From assembly GCA_017522135.1 (NCBI GenBank), contig JAFXAB010000013.1, positions 15,375-79,374 on the forward strand: a stretch of 64,000 nucleotides of DNA. The letters are read 5' to 3'. Below, in pieces: positions 51,012 to 59,800 of this stretch. Both the position numbers and the translations under genes were made by a program. The notes under the pieces were generated by a model. The model made no database searches. It saw only the letters and a program-made list of their open reading frames with translations, and was not told the DNA's origin. How positions within the stretch are numbered: position 1 is the stretch's first letter; every line of letters begins with the position of its first letter. This stretch comes from Bacteroidaceae bacterium (GTDB taxonomy: Bacteria; Bacteroidota; Bacteroidia; Bacteroidales; Barnesiellaceae_A).

Positions 51012-52256
51012 TTATTGCATTACAAACGAAACGGGCAAAACAAAGTTGGCCTCAACATTCACACCGGCATCGCGTCCGGGTTGCCACTTGGGCATGATAC
51101 TCACAAGACGTAATACTTCTTTATCGCATTCGGGTGATAGACTCCTCATTATAGTAGGATTAACAATATATCCATCACTATTTATCACAAATTTTACCAT
51201 CACGACTCCTTGAATATTGTCGCGAATAGCCTCCTGAGGATATTTTATATTATTGGAAATAAAACGCATTAATGAAGCATCGCCTCCGGGAAATTGAGGC
51301 AAACTATTATCTACCAACATAGGATTGTCCTCCGGCACTTCATCATTAACAGGAACATTCTCTACAACAATATCATTTGCAGTCATATCTAAAGGTCGTT
51401 CAATCGATAAAGGCCATGCACTCGCCACAAAAACCATAAATATTGATGCAGGGAGCATTATAAAATAAATAATTCGTCTTACGAAATGGCTATCAGCTTG
51501 ATTAAGTTTCTTTACGCGTTGTTTCAGCATTTTATGGTTAAAATGCATACCTATAGAATTTATCGATACATTTTCACGAACAATATGCAGTAAATGATAT
51601 TGATAGCCTTTAACCGAAGGTGTATGTTTGACAGCTTCCTTGTCAGCAAGACACTCTACATTTATACGTATTTCATGCCGCAGAAGCCATGCAATAGGAT
51701 TGAACCAACCTACTATAGCCACAAATTCGCTTAATACCAAATCCAATGTATGTACACCTTCTACATGTGCCTTCTCATGCAATAATATATCGTATAATAG
51801 ATTATCATCATACTTATTTACATTAATAAATATGACAGACGCAAAAGAGAAAGGCTTAATATCGACATTAGGATTATAGACCTTCACGCCATTTATAACA
51901 ACAGTAGTACTACGCATGCTCATATATACTAATGAAGCTAACCTGAAGAGAAAAAATAATGCTCCGATTATAACACCTATCCAATATAGTGAGAAGATAT
52001 CGAATGTGTCAGTAGTCGACTCTACAGGTACAATAATCATAGGAAGTTCAAGACTATATTGGTCATACATACCGCTTATATGCGTATGTATCGGTTGATA
52101 ATAAGCCAAAGGATAGAGATATGCAAACACTACCCCACATAACAAAGTTATGCGATGGGCTTGCAAAAATGTATCACTTGAAAACAAGAACTTATACAAT
52201 AGATACAACACCGTTATACCCAATTGGCTAAGTAATATGTACGTTGCAAAGTCCAT
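51012..52256 (-). CDS. BlaR1-like M56 peptidase/sensor fused to a TonB C-terminal domain
   Basis: 414 aa with multi-TM segments, the M56 HEXXH motif (LLHEKAHVEGVH) and a C-terminal TonB_C domain (LPQFPGGDASLMRFISNNIKYPQEA...). Confidence 0.82.
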   Translation of the reverse strand: MDFATYILLSQLGITVLYLLYKFLFSSDTFLQAHRITLLCGVVFAYLYPLAYYQPIHTHISGMYDQYSLELPMIIVPVESTTDTFDIFSLYWIGVIIGALFFLFRLASLVYMSMRSTTVVINGVKVYNPNVDIKPFSFASVIFINVNKYDDNLLYDILLHEKAHVEGVHTLDLVLSEFVAIVGWFNPIAWLLRHEIRINVECLADKEAVKHTPSVKGYQYHLLHIVRENVSINSIGMHFNHKMLKQRVKKLNQADSHFVRRIIYFIMLPASIFMVFVASAWPLSIERPLDMTANDIVVENVPVNDEVPEDNPMLVDNSLPQFPGGDASLMRFISNNIKYPQEAIRDNIQGVVMVKFVINSDGYIVNPTIMRSLSPECDKEVLRLVSIMPKWQPGRDAGVNVEANFVLPVSFVMQ

Positions 52257-52266
52257 TATATCAATC

Positions 52267-52635
52267 TTATTTACTGGGTTTACCTTTCTCTATAATTTGT
52301 ATGATTTCGCTCAATTCCTCTTCGGTAAGGTGTTTTTCATTTACAAAAAACGCAACCATATCTCGATATGAATTGGCAAAATAGTTACGTACCACCCCCG
52401 ATAAGAAAGAACGTTTATAATCAGTCTTATCAATAGCAGGAGTATAAAAGTAAGTATTACCATAACGTTTGGCAACTACATAACCTTTACGTTCCAAGTT
52501 CTTTACAATCGAAGCTACAGTTGTATAGGGAGGTTGTGGTGCAGGCATATAATCAAGAAAATCTTTAATACACCCTCCATTTCGTTGCCATACTATCAAC
52601 ATTACATCTTCTTCTTGTGCGGTCAATTTTTCCAT
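52267..52635 (-). CDS. BlaI/MecI/CopY family transcriptional repressor
   Basis: 122-aa winged-helix N-terminus (LTAQEEDVMLIVW....TTVASIVKNLERKGYV). It lies immediately upstream of the M56 sensor gene with a 10-nt gap. Confidence 0.85.
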   Translation of the reverse strand: MEKLTAQEEDVMLIVWQRNGGCIKDFLDYMPAPQPPYTTVASIVKNLERKGYVVAKRYGNTYFYTPAIDKTDYKRSFLSGVVRNYFANSYRDMVAFFVNEKHLTEEELSEIIQIIEKGKPSK

Positions 52636-52694
52636 ACGAACATATTTACATAGTTAATTACGAACACTTCGCAAATCTACGAACTTTTCGTAGA
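52635..52694 (-). promoter_or_regulatory. Putative BlaI operator region: three TACGAAC half-sites, one within an 8-3-8 palindrome
   Basis: TACGAAC occurs at 52635-52641 (overlapping the blaI start codon), at 52659-52665 and at 52678-52684. The last lies within the inverted repeat TCTACGAA-ctt-TTCGTAGA (52676-52694). Confidence 0.5.
52672..52679 (-). promoter_or_regulatory. -7 promoter box (TAGATTTG) for the blaI-blaR1 unit
   Basis: The minus strand reads TAGATTTG, 37 nt upstream of the blaI ATG, and overlaps the palindrome. Confidence 0.45.
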
Positions 52695-52759
52695 CACACA
52701 AATAGAGATTGTGTTAAAAGATGTAAATACGGGTTGTAAAATGTATTTATTGGTTTGGT

Positions 52760-52849
52760 TTTAGGGTCTTTAGGGTCTTTAAAGACTTTTGTGTCCCATG
52801 GGTCTTTAAGGACTCTATAGACTTTAGAGACTTTAGAGACCTTATTGAT
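52760..52849 (+). repeat. Array B of the same 9-bp tandem repeat (10 units in strict register)
   Basis: The units are tttagggtc x2, tttaaagac, ttttgtgtc, ccatgggtc, tttaaggac, tctatagac, tttagagac x2 and cttattgat. The orientation is the same as array A. Confidence 0.8.
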
Positions 52850-52928
52850 TTTTTTCAAATAAATTCCCACTTAATGCTCTCTCTATCAACTATATTTTTT
52901 ACCTTTGATTATTCAAGCACAACACACA

Positions 52929-53477
52929 ATGGAACCACTTGTACCCAATAGAGGCAATTATAAAAAACTTATAAGCTACCAGAAAACCGATGTTATCTTT
53001 CAAATGACCTATTACTTCTGTCACAAGTACTTATCGAAGGGCGACAGGACAATAGACCAGATGATACAGGCTGCTCGAAGTGGCAAGCAAAACATAATAG
53101 AGGGGTGTTGTGCTTCGGCGACATCAACCAAAACCGAAATAAAACTATTAAACGTAGCCAAAGCAAGCCTCAAAGAATTGCTGGAGGACTATGAAGACTA
53201 CTTAAAAGTACATAACCACCGCCAATGGGAAGATGGCAGCCGCGAACTTGAGGCAATGCGCAATTTAGGAGCAAAATATTCCGATGCTGCGTATTTTATG
53301 AATCTGGCACAAACAAGACCTCCTGAAGTAATTGCCAACATGGTGATTGTATTGATTAAGCAAGCTGACTATCTTCTATTCCGACAACTACAAAAGATTT
53401 CAGACGACTTTATAAAAGGAGGCGGTTTCAGCGAAAAGATGTCAAAAGTTAGGCGTGAATATCGAGACGAAAAATAA
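52929..53477 (+). CDS. Four-helix-bundle protein (23S rRNA intervening-sequence protein / Avd-like family) with a C-terminal extension
   Basis: The family-typical N-terminus is NRGNYKKLISYQKTDVIFQMTYYFCHKYL and IQAARSGKQNIIEG. I place the start at ATG 52929 rather than the track TTG at 52905, because a TACCTTTG box at 52900-52907 would overlap that TTG. Confidence 0.65.
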   Translation: MEPLVPNRGNYKKLISYQKTDVIFQMTYYFCHKYLSKGDRTIDQMIQAARSGKQNIIEGCCASATSTKTEIKLLNVAKASLKELLEDYEDYLKVHNHRQWEDGSRELEAMRNLGAKYSDAAYFMNLAQTRPPEVIANMVIVLIKQADYLLFRQLQKISDDFIKGGGFSEKMSKVRREYRDEK

Positions 53478-53510
53478 TCGAACTTATTTTGTAGTCACTT
53501 TACTTATTAC

Positions 53511-53518
53511 TAATTTTG
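53511..53518 (+). promoter_or_regulatory. -7 promoter box (TAATTTTG) upstream of a small secreted-protein gene
   Basis: TAATTTTG lies on the plus strand, 10 nt before the ATG at 53528. The track start (TTG 53516) lies inside the box. Confidence 0.45.
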
Positions 53519-53527
53519 CCATACAAT

Positions 53528-53908
53528 ATGAAGTGTGTGTTAAAAAATATCATTGTTACGCTGTGCTTTCTCCTATTTGTGGGATTGGGAAGCATACGGC
53601 ACGAGTCGAGCTACCCTCGATGCGACGAGCCGGCTACATCGGAGGCTGTGGTGGATGCTACCGACTTCAACACTCCTGATGCCAAGTTGTGTCACCCGCG
53701 CACCTTTCATCTCGAAATACTGCAACGTGTACCATCTAACACTCGTAGAGACAATACTGCAAACAAACACAATGTAACATACCTCAAGGCCGGCAAGGTA
53801 ATACACAGTGGTATATCATATTACATTTACAACAACTTAAAACTACGTAATTCCGTTCTTTCCGAGCTTTCACATCGCCTCATTTGTCTCGGGAAGCTCA
53901 TTATTTAG
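53528..53908 (+). CDS. Hypothetical small secreted or anchored protein
   Basis: 126 aa from MKCVLKNIIVTLCFLLFVGLGS (a signal-like N-terminus). No motif is recognised and coding is supported only by ORF length and the promoter box. Confidence 0.4.
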   Translation: MKCVLKNIIVTLCFLLFVGLGSIRHESSYPRCDEPATSEAVVDATDFNTPDAKLCHPRTFHLEILQRVPSNTRRDNTANKHNVTYLKAGKVIHSGISYYIYNNLKLRNSVLSELSHRLICLGKLII

Positions 53909-54066
53909 CCTTCTGTTTTTTTCTATCACTCATCTCTCAAAATCCCAATTAGAGATGTTATAACTGCCATATAATCATATATGACACACTTGCTCTTATG
54001 TGCACACAACCGCATATAGAGCGATACTTATTGAAATAAAATAGAAATAGTTAAATAAGAAATAAC

Positions 54067-54513
54067 ATGGAAAAGAATTTTATCAAAGTACAATCAAACA
54101 AAGATATAATCATCGGTCTCACTCTCATCATAATAGGAGCAGCCTTAGCACTTTTACCCCTTGGTGGTGCAACCAATGTAACAGGCATTTTCATAGCAAT
54201 AACAGGCATTATACTCGTCTTTACACTCAAGAACGGCTATAAAGAAAGCATCTCGGGCGAGAGATATAGCAAAAAAGAATATTTCTATCACATCAACCTA
54301 AAGAACGAACTTATAAACCACATTATGACAAATCCCAAAGCAATAGAGGCGGGATCGGACGTAAGCAACAATTCACTAAGCATGGTGATATTTTACAGCA
54401 AACACTCAGGCAAAGCATACTTGCAATTGCAAGAGTACATCCCATATAAATATGAGGCTTGCACAGAAATGCAAGAATGCACTCTATCCGAAGTAGAGCA
54501 CTTGATTAAGTAA
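54067..54513 (+). CDS. Hypothetical membrane protein (2 TM plus a soluble C-terminal domain)
   Basis: 148 aa with two hydrophobic helices (IIIGLTLIIIGAALALLPL, VTGIFIAITGIILVFTL). No motif is recognised. Confidence 0.45.
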   Translation: MEKNFIKVQSNKDIIIGLTLIIIGAALALLPLGGATNVTGIFIAITGIILVFTLKNGYKESISGERYSKKEYFYHINLKNELINHIMTNPKAIEAGSDVSNNSLSMVIFYSKHSGKAYLQLQEYIPYKYEACTEMQECTLSEVEHLIK

Positions 54514-54537
54514 GATATTATCTGAAACTATGTACCT

Positions 54538-54575
54538 AAAAGAAAGGACTCATCGCTCGATGAGTCCTTTCTTTT
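54538..54575. terminator. Bidirectional terminator between the 54067 gene and trxA
   Basis: aaagaaaggactcatcg pairs with cgatgagtcctttcttt in a near-perfect long stem, flanked by an A-run on the left and a T-run on the right. Confidence 0.75.
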
Positions 54576-54592
54576 ATTCTATCTGGTGAGTA

Positions 54593-54907
54593 TTAAAGCA
54601 AAGCTTTTACTTTCTCCTCAAGTTGAGCTTTATTGGCCGAACCTACGTGTTTGTCAACCAATTTACCGTCTTTGAAGAACAACAGAGTGGGGATGTTACG
54701 AATACCGTATTCGCCACTGATCTCATCACCTTCATCCACATTGTATTTACCGATTGTTACTTGACCCTCATATTGAGCTGCAAGTTCGTCTACAAAAGGA
54801 CCTATTTGGCGGCAAGGACCGCACCACTCAGCCCAGAAGTCAATCACTACGGGTTTGCCCGATGCGATAAGTTCTTTTCCTAATTCGTCTGTAATTTTAA
54901 GTGCCAT
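54593..54907 (-). CDS. trxA: Thioredoxin
   Basis: 104 aa, with WAEWCGPCRQ and a canonical length. Confidence 0.93.
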   Translation of the reverse strand: MALKITDELGKELIASGKPVVIDFWAEWCGPCRQIGPFVDELAAQYEGQVTIGKYNVDEGDEISGEYGIRNIPTLLFFKDGKLVDKHVGSANKAQLEEKVKALL

Positions 54908-55043
54908 AGTATTTCAATTTAAGTGTTAATAATATCTTTTTAGGCTCTACAAAAATAAGAAATGAAATATTATAATACAAGTAATTTGCACACTAAATTT
55001 TATAATTAATGATAAAAGAATTGTCTTTATCACATCTCTTTTG

Positions 55044-55051
55044 TAACTTTG
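55044..55051 (+). promoter_or_regulatory. -7 promoter box (TAACTTTG) for the metal-efflux operon
   Basis: TAACTTTG lies on the plus strand, 18 nt before the ATG at 55069. No comparable box lies in front of the adaptor gene, which suggests one transcript. Confidence 0.5.
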
Positions 55052-55068
55052 CATCGGCTAAGTTGCTT

Positions 55069-55470
55069 ATGTATAACTTGAAACGGATATTGTCCATATC
55101 ATTAATGCTGTTTGCCACCTTTATGATTGTGGCATCGTCGGTTATGCCACACCATCACACCGAAGATGGTGGCATTTGCCTTATCCTCGACTTGTGCAAC
55201 GACAATAATGCCGAGCACAATCATGGATGCAGCGATTGCGACAGCGATTGTGCCATGAATATCGACCTCATGCAAGACGCATCGAAGATAGGTCTCGCAT
55301 CGAAGGCCGGTTTTATACCGCAACTTATAGCTATACTTTCGACCGGTAGTTCAATTCTCCCCGATCCTATTGAGCTATCTACAACATTTTCATTTATATA
55401 CATCACGCACGCATATCATGACTATGTAGGCTTGTCGTGCGGTATGCGTGCACCACCTGCGGTGGCTTGA
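55069..55470 (+). CDS. Small membrane-anchored His/Cys-rich protein (putative metal-binding accessory protein)
   Basis: 133 aa from MYNLKRIL, because the track ORF start at 55009 lies upstream of the promoter box. It has an N-terminal TM anchor followed by PHHHTEDGGICLILDLCNDNNAEHNHGCSDCDSDCAMN. Confidence 0.55.
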   Translation: MYNLKRILSISLMLFATFMIVASSVMPHHHTEDGGICLILDLCNDNNAEHNHGCSDCDSDCAMNIDLMQDASKIGLASKAGFIPQLIAILSTGSSILPDPIELSTTFSFIYITHAYHDYVGLSCGMRAPPAVA

Positions 55471-55594
55471 CTCTCCATACCCCTACTACAAGGGGAAACG
55501 ACTCATCATACGTATTTAACAAACCATTGTACGCACACCTCTGCATTGCAACGCAAGGAACGTACATCATTACACCTATAAATATATAATAGCA

Positions 55595-56824
55595 ATGAAA
55601 AAACAACTTATCATTATGCTCACTATGGGTGCATACATATTGGCCGGTTGTGCCAATCACTCACACCAACACGACGAGCACAACCATGACGGACACAACC
55701 ATGCAACCGAACAACACGATCATAGCAGTCACAATCATAGTGACCATAACCACGATCACTCGGCCCATAACCACGATCATTCGGCTCATGCCCATAACCA
55801 TGAAAATGGCATTTCTCTCAAGCCCGGTGAAGTAGAAGAAATAGGTCTTACAACCGAGACAGCCACCCTTGCGCCCTTCACATCGGTAATAAAATGTACC
55901 GGTCACGTAATAGGTGCTACTGGCGACGTGTTGACTATTGTAGCACCCCAGTCGGGCACCGTACACTACAATCGTGCTTGGGTCGACGGCTCGGCTGTAT
56001 CGGCAGGAACTGCCTTGTTTACTATATCTTCGCGCAATGTGGGCAGTGGCGATATTGCCCAACGTGCCCGTATCAGCTACGAAACTGCTCTCGCAGCCTA
56101 TGAACGCGCTCAGAAATTGGTACAAGACAACATTATCTCACAAAGGGAATTTGAGACTACTCGCGAAAGCTACGAACAAGCACGCCTTGCCTACGAAGCT
56201 GTAGGCAGTGGCAATAATAGCGGATCGGAAGCCCGTGCGTCAAAAGCCGGATACATAACCAAGCTGTGGGTAGGCGAAGGTGACTATGTAGAGGCCGGTG
56301 CACCCTTGGCCACTGTAGCGCAAAATAAACGTTTGCAACTTCGCGCCGATGTCCCTCAACGCTACTACAATGAGCTGCCCACCATCACTTCGGCCAACTT
56401 TGTCACATCTTACGACGACAATGTATATGAATTGGCACAGATGAATGGTAAGTTGCTCTCTTACGGTCGCAATGCCGGCGAAACCTCCTATTTTGTTCCC
56501 ATAACATTCGACTTTGATAACCGTGCAACAATCGTACCGGGATCGAGTGTCGATGTATACCTCTTGGGTAAGACACGCAACGATGTTATCAGTGTCCCCA
56601 TGCAGTCACTTACCGAGGAGCAAGGTTTGTTCTTTGTTTACCGTCGTTTGTGCGAGAATGACTTTGAGAAAGTTGAGGTAAAACTCGGTAGCAACAACGG
56701 CAGTCGCATAGAAATTCTCTCCGGCATAAAACCCGGCGATAAGATTGTTGTAAACGGTGTATACCGCGTGCGATTGGCCGGTGCCAGCAATGCACTCCCC
56801 CCTGCACACAACCATAACCACTAA
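55595..56824 (+). CDS. RND efflux periplasmic adaptor (CzcB/CusB-like) with a His-rich N-terminal extension
   Basis: 409 aa with a lipoprotein-like signal (LAGCANHSH), a ~50-aa His/Asp/Asn tract, HlyD/MFP-like core strings and a C-terminal PPAHNHNH. Confidence 0.85.
   Translation: MKKQLIIMLTMGAYILAGCANHSHQHDEHNHDGHNHATEQHDHSSHNHSDHNHDHSAHNHDHSAHAHNHENGISLKPGEVEEIGLTTETATLAPFTSVIKCTGHVIGATGDVLTIVAPQSGTVHYNRAWVDGSAVSAGTALFTISSRNVGSGDIAQRARISYETALAAYERAQKLVQDNIISQREFETTRESYEQARLAYEAVGSGNNSGSEARASKAGYITKLWVGEGDYVEAGAPLATVAQNKRLQLRADVPQRYYNELPTITSANFVTSYDDNVYELAQMNGKLLSYGRNAGETSYFVPITFDFDNRATIVPGSSVDVYLLGKTRNDVISVPMQSLTEEQGLFFVYRRLCENDFEKVEVKLGSNNGSRIEILSGIKPGDKIVVNGVYRVRLAGASNALPPAHNHNH
55745..55786 (+). 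repeat. 21-bp tandem duplication inside the His-rich coding region
   Basis: cataaccacgatcactcggcc (55745-55765) is followed by cataaccacgatcattcggct (55766-55786). They share 19/21 identity and encode HNHDHSA twice. Confidence 0.85.
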
Positions 56825-56839
56825 TAAACCCATTGCGAT

Positions 56840-59800
56840 ATGCTGAATAAGATTATAGAATTTTCACTACACAACCGTTTGTTGGTTGCTGTGATATCGG
56901 CACTTATACTCGTACTGGGTGTGTATAGTGTCTCTAAAATGGAGGTCGATGTATTTCCCGACCTCAACGCCCCCACTGTGGTAGTACTTACCGAGGCTCC
57001 CGGCATGGCACCCGAAGAGGTGGAGCGTCTGGTAACCTATCCTATTGAGACGAGTGTCAACGGTGCTACCGGTGTGCGTCGCGTGCGTTCTTCTTCGACC
57101 ACCGGTTTTTCGGTTGTATGGGTAGAGTTTGACTGGGGCACCGACCTCTATCTTGCTCGCCAGATTACATCGGAGCGTTTGATACAACTTGGCGAAATGT
57201 TGCCCGAAGGTGTAGGTACTCCTACCATGGCTCCGCAGTCGTCTATTCTCGGAGAAATGATGATTATAGGTCTTACAGCCGACTCAACATCCCTTCGTGA
57301 CATTCGCACCATTGCCGACTGGACAATACGCCCTCGTCTGCTCTCCATCAGCGGTGTGGCACAAGCTACTGTTATCGGTGGTGAAATCAAGGAATATCGC
57401 ATTGCGGTAGACCCCGCCCGTATGAAGCACTACGGTGTCACTCTCGACGAGGTATTGGCTGCGTCGCGCAATATGAACAACAACGCCAACGGAGGTATCA
57501 TATATGAGTATGGCAACGAATACATTGTTCGTGGCGATATTACTACCACCGACACCGAGGAGATTGGTATGGCAGTTGTGAAGCGCATAGATGGCAAGCC
57601 CATTGTATTGTCGGACGTTGCCGATGTTATTATCTCGGACAAAGCGCCCAAGTTGGGTATGGCTTCGGTAGAGGCACAACCCGCCGTGCTCATTACTGTG
57701 AAGAAACAACCCAAAACCGGCACAATCGAGCTCACTGAAAACATCGAAGATGCACTTGCCGAGTTGCAAAAGAACTTGCCCGCCGATGTTAAGGTGTCGA
57801 CCAATATTTTCAAGCAATCGCACTTTATCAACAACTCGATAAACAACGTTAAGAATGCGCTTGCAGAGGGTGCTATTTTTGTGGTCATTGTGCTCTTCTT
57901 CTTCTTGATGAACACCCGCACTACCATCATTTCGCTCACTGCCATACCCCTATCGGTCATTGTATCACTGCTCACACTCAATGCCTTGGGACTCACTATC
58001 AACACCATGAGCTTGGGTGGTCTTGCTATCGCCATAGGCTCGCTGGTAGACGATGCCATTGTCGATGTTGAAAACGTATACAAGCGTCTGCGAGCCAATC
58101 GCCTGCTACCCGTCGAGCAACAACGCAACACCATTGACATCATATTTGAGGCGTCGAAAGAGGTGCGTATGCCCATCCTTAACTCTACCCTCATCATTAT
58201 GGTGAGCTTCATGCCTTTGTTCTTCTTGTCGGGCATGGAGGGTCGCATGTTGCGTCCGTTGGGTATTGCCTTCCTCGTGGCACTTGTTGCATCAACCTTT
58301 GTAGCACTTACACTCACACCCGTATTGTGTAGCTACCTATTCAACGGCAAGAAGGCGCTGAAAGAGGACAAAGAGCCTTGGGTATCGCGCAAGTTGCAAG
58401 GTGTATACAACAAGGCGCTGTCGTGGGCTATCAACCACAAGCGTGGTGTATTGACCGGCTCGATTGCCGTGTTTGTCGTAGCACTTATCACCTTCGCCAC
58501 ATTGGGTCGCAGCTTCTTGCCCCCCTTCAACGAAGGCTCATTCACTATCAATGTGGCTACTTTGCCCGGTGTATCGTTGGAAGAGTCGGACCGCATAGGA
58601 CAACAAACAGAACGTCTTCTCTTGGAAGTTCCCGAGATACAGACCGTAGCCCGCAAGACCGGTCGTGCCGAGCTTGACGAGCACGCCTTAGGTGTGAATG
58701 CTTGCGAAATTGAAGCTCCCTTCAAACTCGACAAGCGTTCGGCCAGCGAGGTTAAGGCTGAAATTCGCGAAAAGTTGGGCACACTATCGGGCGTAAGCGT
58801 AGAGATTGGTCAACCCATTTCACACCGTATCGACGCCATGTTGTCGGGTACTAAATCGCAAATCGCTATCAAGCTCTTCGGTGAAGACCTCAAGCGCATG
58901 TATGACTACGGCTTGCAAATACAGAATCTTGCAGCGGGCGTTGAAGGTGTCGTAGACCTCAACGTAGAGCAACAGATAGAGCGTCCGCAATTGCATATAG
59001 TACCTCGTCGCGACCTGTTGGCTCGCTATGGTATCACCATGCCCGAGTTTGTCGAATTCATCAATGTAGCAATGGCCGGTGAGGTGGTATCGCAAATCTA
59101 CGAAGGCGACCGCACATTCGACCTCACTGTAAAGATGAAAGATGAGAACCGCGACACAGCCGAGCAACTCAAAGAGATTATGATAGATACCCCCGAGGGC
59201 AAAGTGCCCCTCATTCAAGTGGCCGAAATCCGCTCGGCTATGGGTCCCAACACCATCAACCGCGAGAACGTTAAGCGCAAAATAGTTGTCTCGGCCAACG
59301 TTGCCGACCGCGATATGCGCAGTGTGGTAGACGACATACGTGCTCTCGTCGATGAAAATATCAAGATGCCCGAAGGATATTACATCGAATACGGCGGACA
59401 GTTTGAGAGCGAAAAAGAGGCTTCTCGCACACTATTCCTCGCATCGATGGCATCAATCCTTATCATCTTCTTGCTGCTTGTACAACAATTCAAGAGTGCA
59501 GGTCAATCGGCTATAATCCTTATCAACCTCCCCTTGGCACTCATCGGTGGTATCTTTGTACTACGCTTCACATCGGGCGAGATAAGTATTCCTGCCATTA
59601 TCGGTTTCATCTCGCTCTTTGGTATTGCCACTCGCAATGGTATGCTACTCATTGAACGCTACAACCACCTGCGCGAAGAGGGCGCATCACTCAACGAAGC
59701 TGTACTGAAAGGCTCACTCGACCGCCTTAATCCTATTCTGATGACAGCCCTCACATCGGCACTTGCACTCATACCCCTTGCCATCAATGGCAGTGCACCG

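Noticed and set aside
50473-52849. Whether the two repeat arrays could be a CRISPR array or mini-array.
   Set aside because: The units are 9 bp long and contiguous, with no spacers. There are no cas genes in the window, and the repeat is far too short.
52929-53477. A diversity-generating retroelement, suggested by the Avd-like four-helix-bundle protein.
   Set aside because: No reverse transcriptase ORF is present, and I noticed no template/variable repeat pair anywhere in the window. I report it only as an orphan family member.
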